Notes: a model not told the origin generated them from the sequence alone. Shown: positions 8,671 through 19,049, numbered from the stretch's first letter. The stretch is DNA of 64,000 nt from an uncultured Methylomirabilota bacterium (GCA_963845565.1 CAWJSJ010000002.1:2304001-2368000); one strand, 5' to 3'. A program made the numbers and translations.

Positions 8671-10251
8671 ATGGGGCTGCGAGTCTATAACACCCTGACG
8701 CGAACGCTGGAGCCGTTTGCACCGCTGGTGCCTGGACAGGTGCGGATGTATGTCTGCGGCGTGACGGTCTACGACCTCTGCCATATCGGCCACGCCCGGT
8801 CGGCGTTGGCCTTCGAGATCGCGCGGCGGTACCTGGAGTACCTGGGCTACCGCGTCACGTTCGTCCGGAACTTCACCGACGTGGATGATAAGATCATCGT
8901 GCGGGCGCGAGAGCGGAACATGGCCTGGGACGCGCTGGCCCACGAGTTCATCGCGGCCTTCCACGCCGACATGGATGCCCTGGGTATCCGGCGGGCGGAC
9001 GTGGAGCCCAAGGCGACCGACCACATCCCGGAGATGCTCGCGATCATCGGCCGCTTGGTGGAGCGCGGTTTGGCGTACACCATGGACGGCGACGTCTATT
9101 TTGCAGTTCGCGGCTTTCAGGGGTACGGGAAGCTCTCGCACCGGAGCCCGGACGACCTCCAGGCAGGGGCCCGGATCGAGGTGGACGAACGGAAGCGGGA
9201 CCCGCTGGACTTTGCCCTCTGGAAAGCCTCGCGTCCGGGGGAGCCGACCTGGGACAGTCCCTGGGGGCCGGGCCGGCCGGGCTGGCACATCGAGTGCTCG
9301 GCGATGTCCGCCAAGTACCTGGGCGACACCTTCGACATCCACGCCGGCGGCGAGGACCTGATCTTCCCGCATCACGAAAACGAGATCGCCCAGTCGGAAG
9401 GGGCGTCGGGCCGGCCGTTTGCCCGCTACTGGCTGCACAACGGTTTCGTCACGGTGGGCGGAGAGAAGATGGCCAAGTCGCTGGGGAACTTCGTCACGAT
9501 CCGCGATGCCCTGCGGCGCTTCCCCGCCGACGCGCTCAAGCTCTTGCTCGTCTCGACCAACTACCGGGGGCCGCTCGATTACACCGAGACCGCGGTGGCG
9601 GAGAAGGGGAAGGCGCTCCAAGGCTTTCAAGAGTTTCTGCGGGCGGTGGCGTTCCTGCGGGCTGAGACGGGTCGGGCGGAGGGGTCGGCGGCCGGCACCC
9701 CGACCGCGCATCCGGCGGAGGAGGCGTTTCGGGTGGCCATGGACGATGACTTCAACACGGCCCGGGCCACCGGGGTCCTGTTCGACCTGGTGCGCGAAGG
9801 GAACCGGATGTTGCAGGACGTCCGGGGTGCGGGCGAGCCGTCGCCGTCGGCGGTAGCCGCCCTGGAAGAGACCGCCGCGCTCCTCGCGCGGCTCGGCTCC
9901 GTCCTCGCGCTGGATTTCGCGGGCGCTACGGCGGACGTGTCCGCGGCCAGTGCCGTGACGCTCACCCGGTCGGCCGACGAGGCGGTCGGAGAACTCACGC
10001 GGCTGCTCGCCGCCCCACCGCCCTATCCGACGGAACGCGGCGCAGAAATCACCGGCGTCGTGCGAGAACTCTTGGCGTTGCGCGAGGCGGCGCGAAAGCA
10101 GCGGGCGTGGGCAGCAGCGGACGGCATTCGCCGGGCGCTGGTCGCCGCCGGCATCCGGGTGGACGACACGCGACGGGCCATCCACGCCACCTCGGAGTTT
10201 CCGGCGGACCGCGGTTTGCCGGCCGTCACCGTGAGCGTGACCAAAGAATGA
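8671..10251 (+). CDS. cysS: Cysteine--tRNA ligase
   Basis: [44 protein letters not shown]. Confidence 0.97.
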   Translation: MGLRVYNTLTRTLEPFAPLVPGQVRMYVCGVTVYDLCHIGHARSALAFEIARRYLEYLGYRVTFVRNFTDVDDKIIVRARERNMAWDALAHEFIAAFHADMDALGIRRADVEPKATDHIPEMLAIIGRLVERGLAYTMDGDVYFAVRGFQGYGKLSHRSPDDLQAGARIEVDERKRDPLDFALWKASRPGEPTWDSPWGPGRPGWHIECSAMSAKYLGDTFDIHAGGEDLIFPHHENEIAQSEGASGRPFARYWLHNGFVTVGGEKMAKSLGNFVTIRDALRRFPADALKLLLVSTNYRGPLDYTETAVAEKGKALQGFQEFLRAVAFLRAETGRAEGSAAGTPTAHPAEEAFRVAMDDDFNTARATGVLFDLVREGNRMLQDVRGAGEPSPSAVAALEETAALLARLGSVLALDFAGATADVSAASAVTLTRSADEAVGELTRLLAAPPPYPTERGAEITGVVRELLALREAARKQRAWAAADGIRRALVAAGIRVDDTRRAIHATSEFPADRGLPAVTVSVTKE

Positions 10252-11081
10252 AAGGGTACCGGGCACGGGGGACCTCGCCGGAAGCGGATCTCGTGATCGG
10301 TCCGCACGCCGCCTTGGAGGTCCTGCGGGCCGGCAAGCGGACGGTTCGCCGCCTGACCCTGGCGCGCCAAGAGGGCGGAGCGACGGTCGAGGCCATCCTT
10401 GACTTGGCCCGGCGGCAAAAGATTCCGGTCGAGACACGGACTCGCGACGATCTGGATCGGGTGGTCCGCGGCGCGACCCACCAGGGCGTTCTCCTCGAGG
10501 TTGGGCCGTTCCCTTACGCCGAGCCCGAGACGCTGGTGGGCCACGCGTCGGCGGGACCCGAGCCGGGATTCCTCCTCGTTCTGGACGGGATTCAAGACCC
10601 CCAGAACCTGGGGGCCATCGTGCGGAGCGCGGAGGCCGCGGGCGTCCACGGCTGCGTCATCCCCAAGGATCGGGCGGCCGGGGTGAGTTCAGCCGCCGTC
10701 CGGGCGTCAGCCGGGGCCACGGAGCATCTGCCGATCGCCCGGGTGACCAACCTGGCGACCTTCCTCGAAACCGTCAAGTCGCAGGGGTTCTGGGTGATGG
10801 GAACGGACGCCAGCGGCGGGCATAGCCTGTTCGCGTCGGATTTGACCGATCCTCTGGCGCTGGTGATCGGAGGGGAGGAACAGGGTCTTCGGCACCTCAC
10901 GAAGAACCGCTGTGACGTGATCGTGCACATCCCCACGTGCGGGCGTGTCGCGTCCCTGAACGCCTCGGCCGCCGCCGCGGTGTGCCTGTTCGAGGTGGCC
11001 CGGCAGCGGAGCAGGGCGCTCCGCCAGGACCCCGTTCCGACGGGTCCGCTTCGGCCCCGATTCCCGGAGGACCCTGCATGA
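10248..11081 (+). CDS. rlmB: 23S rRNA (guanosine-2'-O)-methyltransferase RlmB (SpoU family)
   Basis: HQGV, LDGIQDPQNLGAIVRSA, IGGEEQGL, SLNAS motifs. Confidence 0.93.
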   Translation: MKGYRARGTSPEADLVIGPHAALEVLRAGKRTVRRLTLARQEGGATVEAILDLARRQKIPVETRTRDDLDRVVRGATHQGVLLEVGPFPYAEPETLVGHASAGPEPGFLLVLDGIQDPQNLGAIVRSAEAAGVHGCVIPKDRAAGVSSAAVRASAGATEHLPIARVTNLATFLETVKSQGFWVMGTDASGGHSLFASDLTDPLALVIGGEEQGLRHLTKNRCDVIVHIPTCGRVASLNASAAAAVCLFEVARQRSRALRQDPVPTGPLRPRFPEDPA

Positions 11082-11821
11082 AGATCATTCGGTTTGAAGA
11101 GGCGGGCCGAGCGCAGTACGGGCTCGTCGAGGGGGAGACGGTCTTTCGCGCAACCGGATCGCCGTTCGCGGGGCGCCTCACGCGCGGGGCACCCGTGGGT
11201 CCCGTGCACCAACTCCACGTGCTTGCCCCCTGCGAGCCCGCCAAGATCATCTGCGCGGGCAAGAACTTCCCCTGGGGCGAGAACCCCGCGAAGTCCCCCC
11301 GGCCGATTCTCTTCTACAAGCCGCCCAGTGCGGTTATCGGACATCAGGCCGACATCGTCTATCCGGCACTCTCCCAGCGGGTGATCTTCGAGGCGGAGCT
11401 GGTGGTGGTGATCGGGAGACCGGCCCGCAATGTCCGGATCGAGGATGCCCCCGCGCACATCCTCGGGTATACCTGTGGCAACGACGTGACCGCCTATGAT
11501 CTGGTGCTTCGCGACAACGCCACCTTCGAGGGGAAGAGCTTCGACACCTTCTGCCCGCTCGGCCCCGCCATCGTGACCGACCTGGACCCGGAGGCGACCA
11601 CGATCACCTGTCGTGTGAACGGCACGGTCGCGGCGCGCGGGCTCTCCACGGCGAAGTACTATCGCTGTGCCGAGTTGGTGAGTTACATCTCGGGCATCAT
11701 GACGCTGGCGCCGGGCGATGTCGTCATGACCGGCACCCCGGACATCGGGTCCCTCCAGCGCGGCGATACCGTGGAGGTGGACATCTCCGGCATCGGGGTG
11801 TTGCGGAACCGCGTGGTGTGA
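11078..11821 (+). CDS. Fumarylacetoacetate hydrolase-family protein
   Basis: FYKPPSA, FEAELVVVIG, GYTCGNDVT, GKSFDTFCPLGP, TLAPGDVVMTGTP. Confidence 0.9.
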   Translation: MKIIRFEEAGRAQYGLVEGETVFRATGSPFAGRLTRGAPVGPVHQLHVLAPCEPAKIICAGKNFPWGENPAKSPRPILFYKPPSAVIGHQADIVYPALSQRVIFEAELVVVIGRPARNVRIEDAPAHILGYTCGNDVTAYDLVLRDNATFEGKSFDTFCPLGPAIVTDLDPEATTITCRVNGTVAARGLSTAKYYRCAELVSYISGIMTLAPGDVVMTGTPDIGSLQRGDTVEVDISGIGVLRNRVV

Positions 11822-11948
11822 TCTGCGAACCGCCGTGCACGCCCCGCGCGTCCCGTGCACCCCGTTTGGCGGCATGGAAAAATGCGTGCCCCGCGGCGGG
11901 GCTTCGTCCGGCGCGGTTGTCGGATGTGTTTCAATGGGAGAGGAATCC

Positions 11949-13433
11949 ATGAGAGCCCTTTTGCTCCGCCTCATGACCGGCGCCCTGTTCTTTGCCATTG
12001 CCTCGAGCGCCCTCGACCCGTCGGTCGGTGCGGCGGCGGAGAAGACCGCCGTCGCAAAGCGTCGTGCCCTGCCCACCGAGACGAAGGCATGGACGGGGGA
12101 CTTTGACGGCATGATCAAGCGGCGGCACCTGCGTGTGCTCGTGCCGCACAGCCGCTCGCTCTACTTCAACGACAAGGGTCGCGAGCGGGGGTTGACGGCG
12201 GATCTCGTCCGGGACTTCGAGCGATACATCAATCAGAAGTACAAGAAGCAACTCGGCAACCGCCCGATCACCGTGTACATCGTGCCGACGACGCGAGACG
12301 AGCTGCTCAAGGACGTCGCCGACGGGTTCGGGGACATCGCGGCGGGCAATCTCACCGTCACCGAGGAGCGCAAAGCGCTGGTGGATTTCGTGGCGCCGGC
12401 CGGCCAGAAGCCGGTGTCCGAGCTGGTGCTGACCGGGCCCAAGTCACCGGCGATCGCGACGGCCGACGATCTGGCGGGGAAGACCGTGCACGTCCGGAAG
12501 GCGTCGAGCTATTACGAGAGCCTCACCGCGCTGAACGACCGCCTGAAGCAGGAAGGCAAGCCGACGGTGAAACTCGTGCTCGTGCCCGATGCGCTCGAGG
12601 ACGAGGATATGATGGAGATGTTGAACACCGGTCTGCTGGACGCCATCGTTGTCGACGACTGGAAGGCGCGGATGTGGGCCCAGGTCTTGCCGAAGGTCAC
12701 AGTGAACGCACAGGCGGTGGTGCGGGTCGGCGGTCTGATCGGTTGGGCCATCCGCAAGGACAGCCCCGGGCTTGACCGGGTGATCAACGAGTTCCATGTC
12801 TCTATCGTCAAGAAGCAGAACCTGTCAGCGGTCCGAATGGCGCAGTACTACAAACGTGTCAAGCAACTCAAGGACCCCACAGGCTCGGAAGACTGGAAGC
12901 GCTTCGAGGAAACCCTGCTCTTGTTCAAGAAGTACGGCGAGCAGTACGCCTTCGACCCGCTGATGCTCGCCGCCCAAGGGTACCAGGAGTCGCAGCTCAA
13001 CCAGAACGCCAAGAGCCACGTCGGTGCCATCGGTGTCATGCAGGTGATGCCCGCCACCGGCGCGGAGTTGAAGGTGGGCGACATCACGGTCACCGAACCG
13101 AACATCCACGCCGGCACGAAGTATATGGACCAACTCCTGACGAGGTATTTCCCGGATGCGGCGTTCTCCGACGCGAATCGCTCGCTCTTCGCCTTTGCCT
13201 CCTATAACGCCGGTCCGGGGCGCATCTCCCAGATGCGCAAGCTGGCGGAAAAGCGCGGCCTCGACCCCAACAAGTGGTTCAACAACGTCGAGATCGTCAC
13301 GGCCGAGAAGGTCGGCATCGAGACCACGACCTACGTGCGAAACATCTACAAGTACTACGCGGCCTACCGGCTGATGCTCGACATGCAGGAGGTTCAGAAA
13401 AAGGCGCGCGAATCGGTGAAGCAGGGCGGCTGA
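11949..13433 (+). CDS. MltF-like lytic transglycosylase (SBP-like domain plus SLT domain)
   Basis: Signal peptide; substrate-binding-protein-like N-domain (GDIAAGNLTVTEER); SLT motifs YQES, GAIGVMQVMP, ASYNAGPG. Confidence 0.88.
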   Translation: MRALLLRLMTGALFFAIASSALDPSVGAAAEKTAVAKRRALPTETKAWTGDFDGMIKRRHLRVLVPHSRSLYFNDKGRERGLTADLVRDFERYINQKYKKQLGNRPITVYIVPTTRDELLKDVADGFGDIAAGNLTVTEERKALVDFVAPAGQKPVSELVLTGPKSPAIATADDLAGKTVHVRKASSYYESLTALNDRLKQEGKPTVKLVLVPDALEDEDMMEMLNTGLLDAIVVDDWKARMWAQVLPKVTVNAQAVVRVGGLIGWAIRKDSPGLDRVINEFHVSIVKKQNLSAVRMAQYYKRVKQLKDPTGSEDWKRFEETLLLFKKYGEQYAFDPLMLAAQGYQESQLNQNAKSHVGAIGVMQVMPATGAELKVGDITVTEPNIHAGTKYMDQLLTRYFPDAAFSDANRSLFAFASYNAGPGRISQMRKLAEKRGLDPNKWFNNVEIVTAEKVGIETTTYVRNIYKYYAAYRLMLDMQEVQKKARESVKQGG

Positions 13434-13505
13434 GGCGGTGCAAACTCGGACGGGACGACCCGCCTCTGGCCTGTGCGGATCCTCTTCTGTCCAAGGGGGG
13501 GTGTC

Positions 13506-13910
13506 GTGTTTGGTGCTATGTCCATTTCCGGGTTTGTGCTCTGGGGTCTGGTTTCGTTCGCACCAGCCGCGATGGCGGCGGAGCCGTTGGCGCGCGGGGA
13601 ATACCTGGTGAGTCACGTCGCCATGTGCGTCCAGTGCCACACGCCGCGCGATGCCAAGGGGGAGCTCGATCGGACGCGCCTGTTCCGGGGCGCGCCGATC
13701 CCGCTGCGGTCGCCGTTCCTCAACCGGAGCTGGGCGCTCGCCGCCCCCGCCATCGCCGGCCTGCCGGGGTGGTCCAGCGAGGATGCGGGCACGCTTCTCA
13801 CCACCGGCCGCCGGCCGATGGGCTACACGCCGCAACCGCCCATGCCGCCGTTCCGGCTGAGCCGGGAAGACGCCGACGCCGTGATCGCCTTCCTGCGCTC
13901 CGTGCGCTGA
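13506..13910 (+). CDS. Mono-heme c-type cytochrome (periplasmic)
   Basis: Signal peptide; RGEYLV..CVQCHTPR heme motif; PPMP distal Met; start could be GTG 13506 or ATG 13518. Confidence 0.85.
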   Translation: MFGAMSISGFVLWGLVSFAPAAMAAEPLARGEYLVSHVAMCVQCHTPRDAKGELDRTRLFRGAPIPLRSPFLNRSWALAAPAIAGLPGWSSEDAGTLLTTGRRPMGYTPQPPMPPFRLSREDADAVIAFLRSVR

Positions 13911-13989
13911 CGGCCCTGTCGCGCGTCTCGTGCAACTGACCGACGATTCTCTGGGGCAGGCCCCGAATCGGGGCTCCGAACCTCCCGTG

Positions 13990-14020
13990 ATCGCTTGGGC
14001 GGTTGCAAGCGATTTATCTT
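13990..14020 (+). terminator. Possible intrinsic terminator after cytochrome c
   Basis: ATCGCTTG-8 nt-CAAGCGAT followed by TTATCTT. Confidence 0.4.
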
Positions 14021-14039
14021 GGCTAGACGCGAGTCGGGG

Positions 14040-14069
14040 TTGACAGGGATTCGGTCGTGGGGATAGAAT
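14040..14069 (+). promoter_or_regulatory. Upstream sigma70 promoter (P1) of the tRNA-tuf operon
   Basis: TTGACA (14040-14045), 18 bp, TAGAAT (14064-14069). Confidence 0.65.
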
Positions 14070-14131
14070 GCATCCCCTTCACCGGAAGGGGGTGGATTCG
14101 CCTACCTTTTCGGGATGTCCGAAGAAAAGAT

Positions 14132-14160
14132 TTGCCAAGAGGAAGCCCTTTGAATATACT
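14132..14160 (+). promoter_or_regulatory. Downstream sigma70 promoter (P2) of the tRNA-tuf operon
   Basis: TTGCCA (14132-14137), 17 bp, TATACT (14155-14160); 12 nt before tRNA-Thr. Confidence 0.7.
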
Positions 14161-14172
14161 AGGGCTTTGTCT

Positions 14173-14248
14173 GCTGGCGTAGCTCAGCAGGTAGAGCAGC
14201 TGATTTGTAATCAGCGGGTCGGGGGTTCGATTCCCTCCGCCAGCTCCA
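14173..14248 (+). tRNA. tRNA-Thr(TGT)
   Basis: Acceptor GCTGGCG/CGCCAGC; anticodon arm GCTGA-TTTGTAA-TCAGC; TTCGA loop; encoded CCA. Confidence 0.97.
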
Positions 14249-14303
14249 CCGGACCGAGCTTCGCTCGAGGAGCGCGCACGTCGGGCAGCACGCCTCGGAA
14301 TCT

Positions 14304-14389
14304 GGGGAGATACCCAAGCGGCCAAAGGGGGCAGACTGTAAATCTGTTGGCTCATGCCTTCGGAGGTTCGAATCCTCCTCTCCCCACCA
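14304..14389 (+). tRNA. tRNA-Tyr(GTA)
   Basis: Acceptor GGGGAGA/TCTCCCC; anticodon loop CTGTAAA; long variable arm; CCA. Confidence 0.97.
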
Positions 14390-14502
14390 TGGGTGCTGCC
14401 GGGAGCGGTGGGACGCGCGGCCGGGTTTCGGGGCAACGGGACGCCGAATTGCAGCGTGGCACCTGCCGACTTGAGTGCCAACGTGTGAAGAGTTACCGGC
14501 AG

Positions 14503-14579
14503 GCGGGAATAGCTCAGCTGGCTAGAGCGCGAGCCTTCCAAGCTCGGGGTCGCGGGTTCGAATCCCGTTTCCCGCTCCA
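14503..14579 (+). tRNA. tRNA-Gly(TCC)
   Basis: Acceptor GCGGGAA/TTCCCGC; CGAGC-CTTCCAA-GCTCG; CCA. Confidence 0.97.
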
Positions 14580-14643
14580 AGCGTTCCCCTGCAGCGACAG
14601 CCAGGACCTCCGGCCAGCGGACCGCGTGGGCGGTCCATTCGTT

Positions 14644-15870
14644 GTGCAGCGCGCTCGGGTCTGGTCCAGGCAGATTCTCGTCGGGGTGCTCCTCGCGGGA
14701 TGGTTTGTCGTCCCCGCGCAGGCAGCGCATCCGGATGCGTACCGGCTGAACGAGGCGGCAGTCGCCGAGGTCCGACGGGGAAACCCTGAGGCGGCGCTTG
14801 AACTTCTGACGCGGGCGGCGACCCTGGACCCCCGCGACGCGGCGATCCGGGGAAATCTGGCCAGGGTGCGGACGGTGGTGGCGCACCGGTTGACCCAAGC
14901 TGGACGCCTCGCTGAAGCGGAGGTTCAATACCGAGCCGCGTTGGACGCCGATTCGGGAGAGGTGGCCGCCTGGGTGGGTCTCGGCGAGCTTCAACTCCGG
15001 CGCCGGGACCCGCGGGAGGCAGTCGAGGCGTTTCGCCGTGCGGTGGAACTCACGCCCGAGGACGGCGAAACTCGGGTCCGACTGGGCCAGGCGTATTACA
15101 ACGTGGGCGATCTCCCCGCCGCGCTCTCGGAATGGGAGCGCGCTGCGGCAACCCGGACCGACGATGTGGCATTACGCGAGCGGATCGCTCGCGTGCGGCG
15201 CGAGGCCGATATTCAGGGCTCGTATCGCGCGAAGGAGAGTCAGCACTTCACTGTCGTATACGAGGGGCGACGGCAAGAGGATCTCGGACAGGAGTTCGTC
15301 CGGCTTCTGGAGAGCGCGTACCTCGAGGTGGGGTACATTCTGGGAGCGTATCCGAGCGCTGCGGTTCCGGTCGTTCTGTATTCCGATGTCGATTTCGCGC
15401 CCGCGACCGGTCTCTCGACGGAGGTCGGCGGTTTCTATGGTCGGCTGGACGGGAAGATCCGGATTGCCCTGCGGGGCTTGAAGCCGGGCGATGCCCGGCT
15501 GGCCTCGCTGTTGACCCATGAGTATACCCACGCGCTGATCTACGCCGTGACCCGCGGGAACAATCCGCCGCGATGGGTTCACGAGGGATTGGCGGTGCAC
15601 ATGGAGCGGGACCGGGCACCCCAATACAAGGACGAGGCACAGCGCCGGGGCCGCGCCGGCCGCCTCGAAACGCTCGAGAAATCGCCGTACGTCATGGGGT
15701 CGGTCGCGGTCGAGTATCTGGTTGAACGCTATGGCATGGCGACGATACGGCTCCTCCTCCAGCGCCTCGGGGAGGGCACGCCGTTCGCGGAGACATTTCG
15801 AGGGACCTTCCAGACGGATCTCGCAACCTTCGAGCGGGCCGTCGGAGATTCGGTGAGTCGGGGCTACTGA
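14644..15870 (+). CDS. Exported TPR-repeat protein with C-terminal HExxH (MA-clan/gluzincin-like) metallopeptidase domain
   Basis: Signal peptide ILVGVLLAGWFVVPAQA; TPR helices (AWVGLGELQL..AVEAFRRAVELTP; RVRLGQAYYNVGD); THEYTH..PRWVHEGLA; start uncertain (GTG 14626 or 14644). Confidence 0.82.
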   Translation: MQRARVWSRQILVGVLLAGWFVVPAQAAHPDAYRLNEAAVAEVRRGNPEAALELLTRAATLDPRDAAIRGNLARVRTVVAHRLTQAGRLAEAEVQYRAALDADSGEVAAWVGLGELQLRRRDPREAVEAFRRAVELTPEDGETRVRLGQAYYNVGDLPAALSEWERAAATRTDDVALRERIARVRREADIQGSYRAKESQHFTVVYEGRRQEDLGQEFVRLLESAYLEVGYILGAYPSAAVPVVLYSDVDFAPATGLSTEVGGFYGRLDGKIRIALRGLKPGDARLASLLTHEYTHALIYAVTRGNNPPRWVHEGLAVHMERDRAPQYKDEAQRRGRAGRLETLEKSPYVMGSVAVEYLVERYGMATIRLLLQRLGEGTPFAETFRGTFQTDLATFERAVGDSVSRGY

Positions 15871-15875
15871 GTCGG

Positions 15876-15951
<76 letters not shown>

Positions 15952-15973
15952 GAACCTTTCGGTCCGCACTGAG

Positions 15974-17207
<1,234 letters not shown>

Positions 17208-17281
17208 GCAATAGCCTCTCCGGCGTGCGGCGGGCCTCAGGGGCCCGGGACCCGCGGGGCCGGATCGGGAGTGAGACGATC

Positions 17282-17431
17282 ATGCGAGATACCATCACCT
17301 TGGCGTGTGCCGAGTGCAAGCGCCGGAACTATTCCACCACCAAGAACAAGCGGAACACCACCGACCGCGTGGAGTTGTCCAAGTACTGCCCATGGTGCCG
17401 CAAGCACACCCCCCACAAGGAGAGCAAGTAG
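17282..17431 (+). CDS. rpmG: 50S ribosomal protein L33 (zinc-binding type)
   Basis: [31 protein letters not shown]. Confidence 0.95.
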   Translation: MRDTITLACAECKRRNYSTTKNKRNTTDRVELSKYCPWCRKHTPHKESK

Positions 17432-17471
17432 GCGCCGGTGCGGGGCGAGCGGAGGCGGCCGGGCGACCGAT

Positions 17472-17547
17472 AGGCCTGTAGCTCTAATGGTAGAGCGGCG
17501 GACTCCAAATCCGAAGGTTGGGGGTTCGAATCCCTCCAGGCCTGCCA
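17472..17547 (+). tRNA. tRNA-Trp(CCA)
   Basis: Acceptor AGGCCTG/CAGGCCT; anticodon loop CTCCAAA; G27.A43 mismatch; CCA; usual position between rpmG and secE. Confidence 0.95.
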
Positions 17548-17668
17548 TACGAGACCGACAGGGCGGGTGAGAGGGGCGGTGGCGACGACGCGCGGCCACC
17601 CCCCGTTCGAGGCGCTGTCGGATGCCGCGGTTACTGTCGATTCCGGGAACCGGACGAAGGGATGGGAC

Positions 17669-17884
17669 ATGACGGCAGTGGTGGAGCGAGTGCAGACGCT
17701 GTGGGGGTCCACGGTCCAGTTCCTCAGAGAGGTCCGGGTCGAACTGAAGAAGGTCACCTGGCCCCAGCGGAACGAGATCATCGGCTCGACCGCGGTGGTC
17801 ATCGTGGCCAGCTTCGTGGTCGCCTTCTTCCTGGGGTTCGTGGACCTGGTCATCCAAAAACTGTTGACGCTCGTCATCAGGTAA
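17669..17884 (+). CDS. secE: Preprotein translocase subunit SecE
   Basis: FLREVRVELKKVTWP followed by one TM helix. Confidence 0.95.
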   Translation: MTAVVERVQTLWGSTVQFLREVRVELKKVTWPQRNEIIGSTAVVIVASFVVAFFLGFVDLVIQKLLTLVIR

Positions 17885-17911
17885 CCGCGTCTTCGAGGAT
17901 CGAGGCGACTC

Positions 17912-18544
17912 ATGGCAGACGTCGAGATGACCGGGACCGCAACCGAAGCGGAGGTTTCCCCCGAGCCGTCCTCCGAGACCGGGACGGCCGTGCCGAAGAC
18001 GGCGGCGCTGCCGCCCCACCACCAATGGTACGTGATCCATACCTATTCGGGGTTCGAGAACAAGGTGAAGCAGAGCATCGAGCAGCGGGTGGCGGCGCTG
18101 GGGGTCGGTGGCGCCGTGTCCCAGGTGATGATTCCGACCGAGACCGTGGTCGAGCTGAAAAAGGGGAAGCGGCGGGAGGCCTCGCAGAAGTTCTTCCCCG
18201 GCTATGTCCTGATCCGGATGGACATGTCGGACGACCTCTGGTACCTGATCAAGAACACCCCGAAGGTGACCGGGTTCGTCGGGCCCGGCGTTCGGCCGAC
18301 CCCGATTCCGGAGGACCAGGTGCAAGCCATCCTGCACCAAGTCGAAACCGGCGCCGAGCGGCCCAAGCATCGGATTCTGTTCAGCCGGGGAGAGAGCGTT
18401 CGGGTCATCGACGGACCGTTCTCGAATTTCACCGGCGTGGTGGACGAGGTGAAGCCCGACAAGGGGCGGTTGAAGGTCATGGTGAGCATCTTCGGCCGGC
18501 CCACGCCGGTGGACCTCGAGTTTCTCCAGGTCGAACGCGTCTGA
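17912..18544 (+). CDS. nusG: Transcription termination/antitermination factor NusG
   Basis: WYVIHTYSGFENKVK, FFPGYVL, KOW domain VIDGPF..IFGRPTPV. Confidence 0.98.
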   Translation: MADVEMTGTATEAEVSPEPSSETGTAVPKTAALPPHHQWYVIHTYSGFENKVKQSIEQRVAALGVGGAVSQVMIPTETVVELKKGKRREASQKFFPGYVLIRMDMSDDLWYLIKNTPKVTGFVGPGVRPTPIPEDQVQAILHQVETGAERPKHRILFSRGESVRVIDGPFSNFTGVVDEVKPDKGRLKVMVSIFGRPTPVDLEFLQVERV

Positions 18545-18611
18545 TCGGCGGGTGGGCCTCCGCAGCGGCGGGCGGCCTGCGCGCGATCCGGGAAAGGATT
18601 GAGGAGGGCGC

Positions 18612-19049
18612 ATGACCAAGCGCATTACCAAGAAAGTGACCGCCCAGGTGAAGCTCCAGGTGCCGGCAGGCAAGGCGAACCCGTCGCCGCCGGTGGGGCC
18701 GGCCCTCGGCCAGCACGGCGTCAACATCATGGAATTCTGCAAGGCGTTCAACGCGCAGACCCAGACGCAGGAGGGGTTGATCATCCCGGTGGTCATCACC
18801 ATCTATGCGGATCGGTCGTTCACGTTCATCACCAAGACGCCGCCCGCGGCGGTCCTCCTGAAGCAGGCGGCGGGGATCGCCAAGGGTTCCAAAGAACCCA
18901 ATCGGACCAAGGTCGGCAAGGTCACGCGAAAACAGGTCGAGGACATCGCGAGGACCAAGCTGCAAGACCTGAATGCCTTCACGCCGGAGGCCGCGGCCAA
19001 GGTCATCGAGGGTACGGCGCGCAGCTTGGGCATCGAGGTGGTTGGCTAG
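18612..19049 (+). CDS. rplK: 50S ribosomal protein L11
   Basis: [30 protein letters not shown]. Confidence 0.98.
   Translation: MTKRITKKVTAQVKLQVPAGKANPSPPVGPALGQHGVNIMEFCKAFNAQTQTQEGLIIPVVITIYADRSFTFITKTPPAAVLLKQAAGIAKGSKEPNRTKVGKVTRKQVEDIARTKLQDLNAFTPEAAAKVIEGTARSLGIEVVG

Noticed and set aside
14068..14643. N-terminal ~190 aa of the 600-aa ORF 14068-15870
   Set aside because: It runs through a promoter and three tRNA genes; only the part after tRNA-Gly looks like protein.
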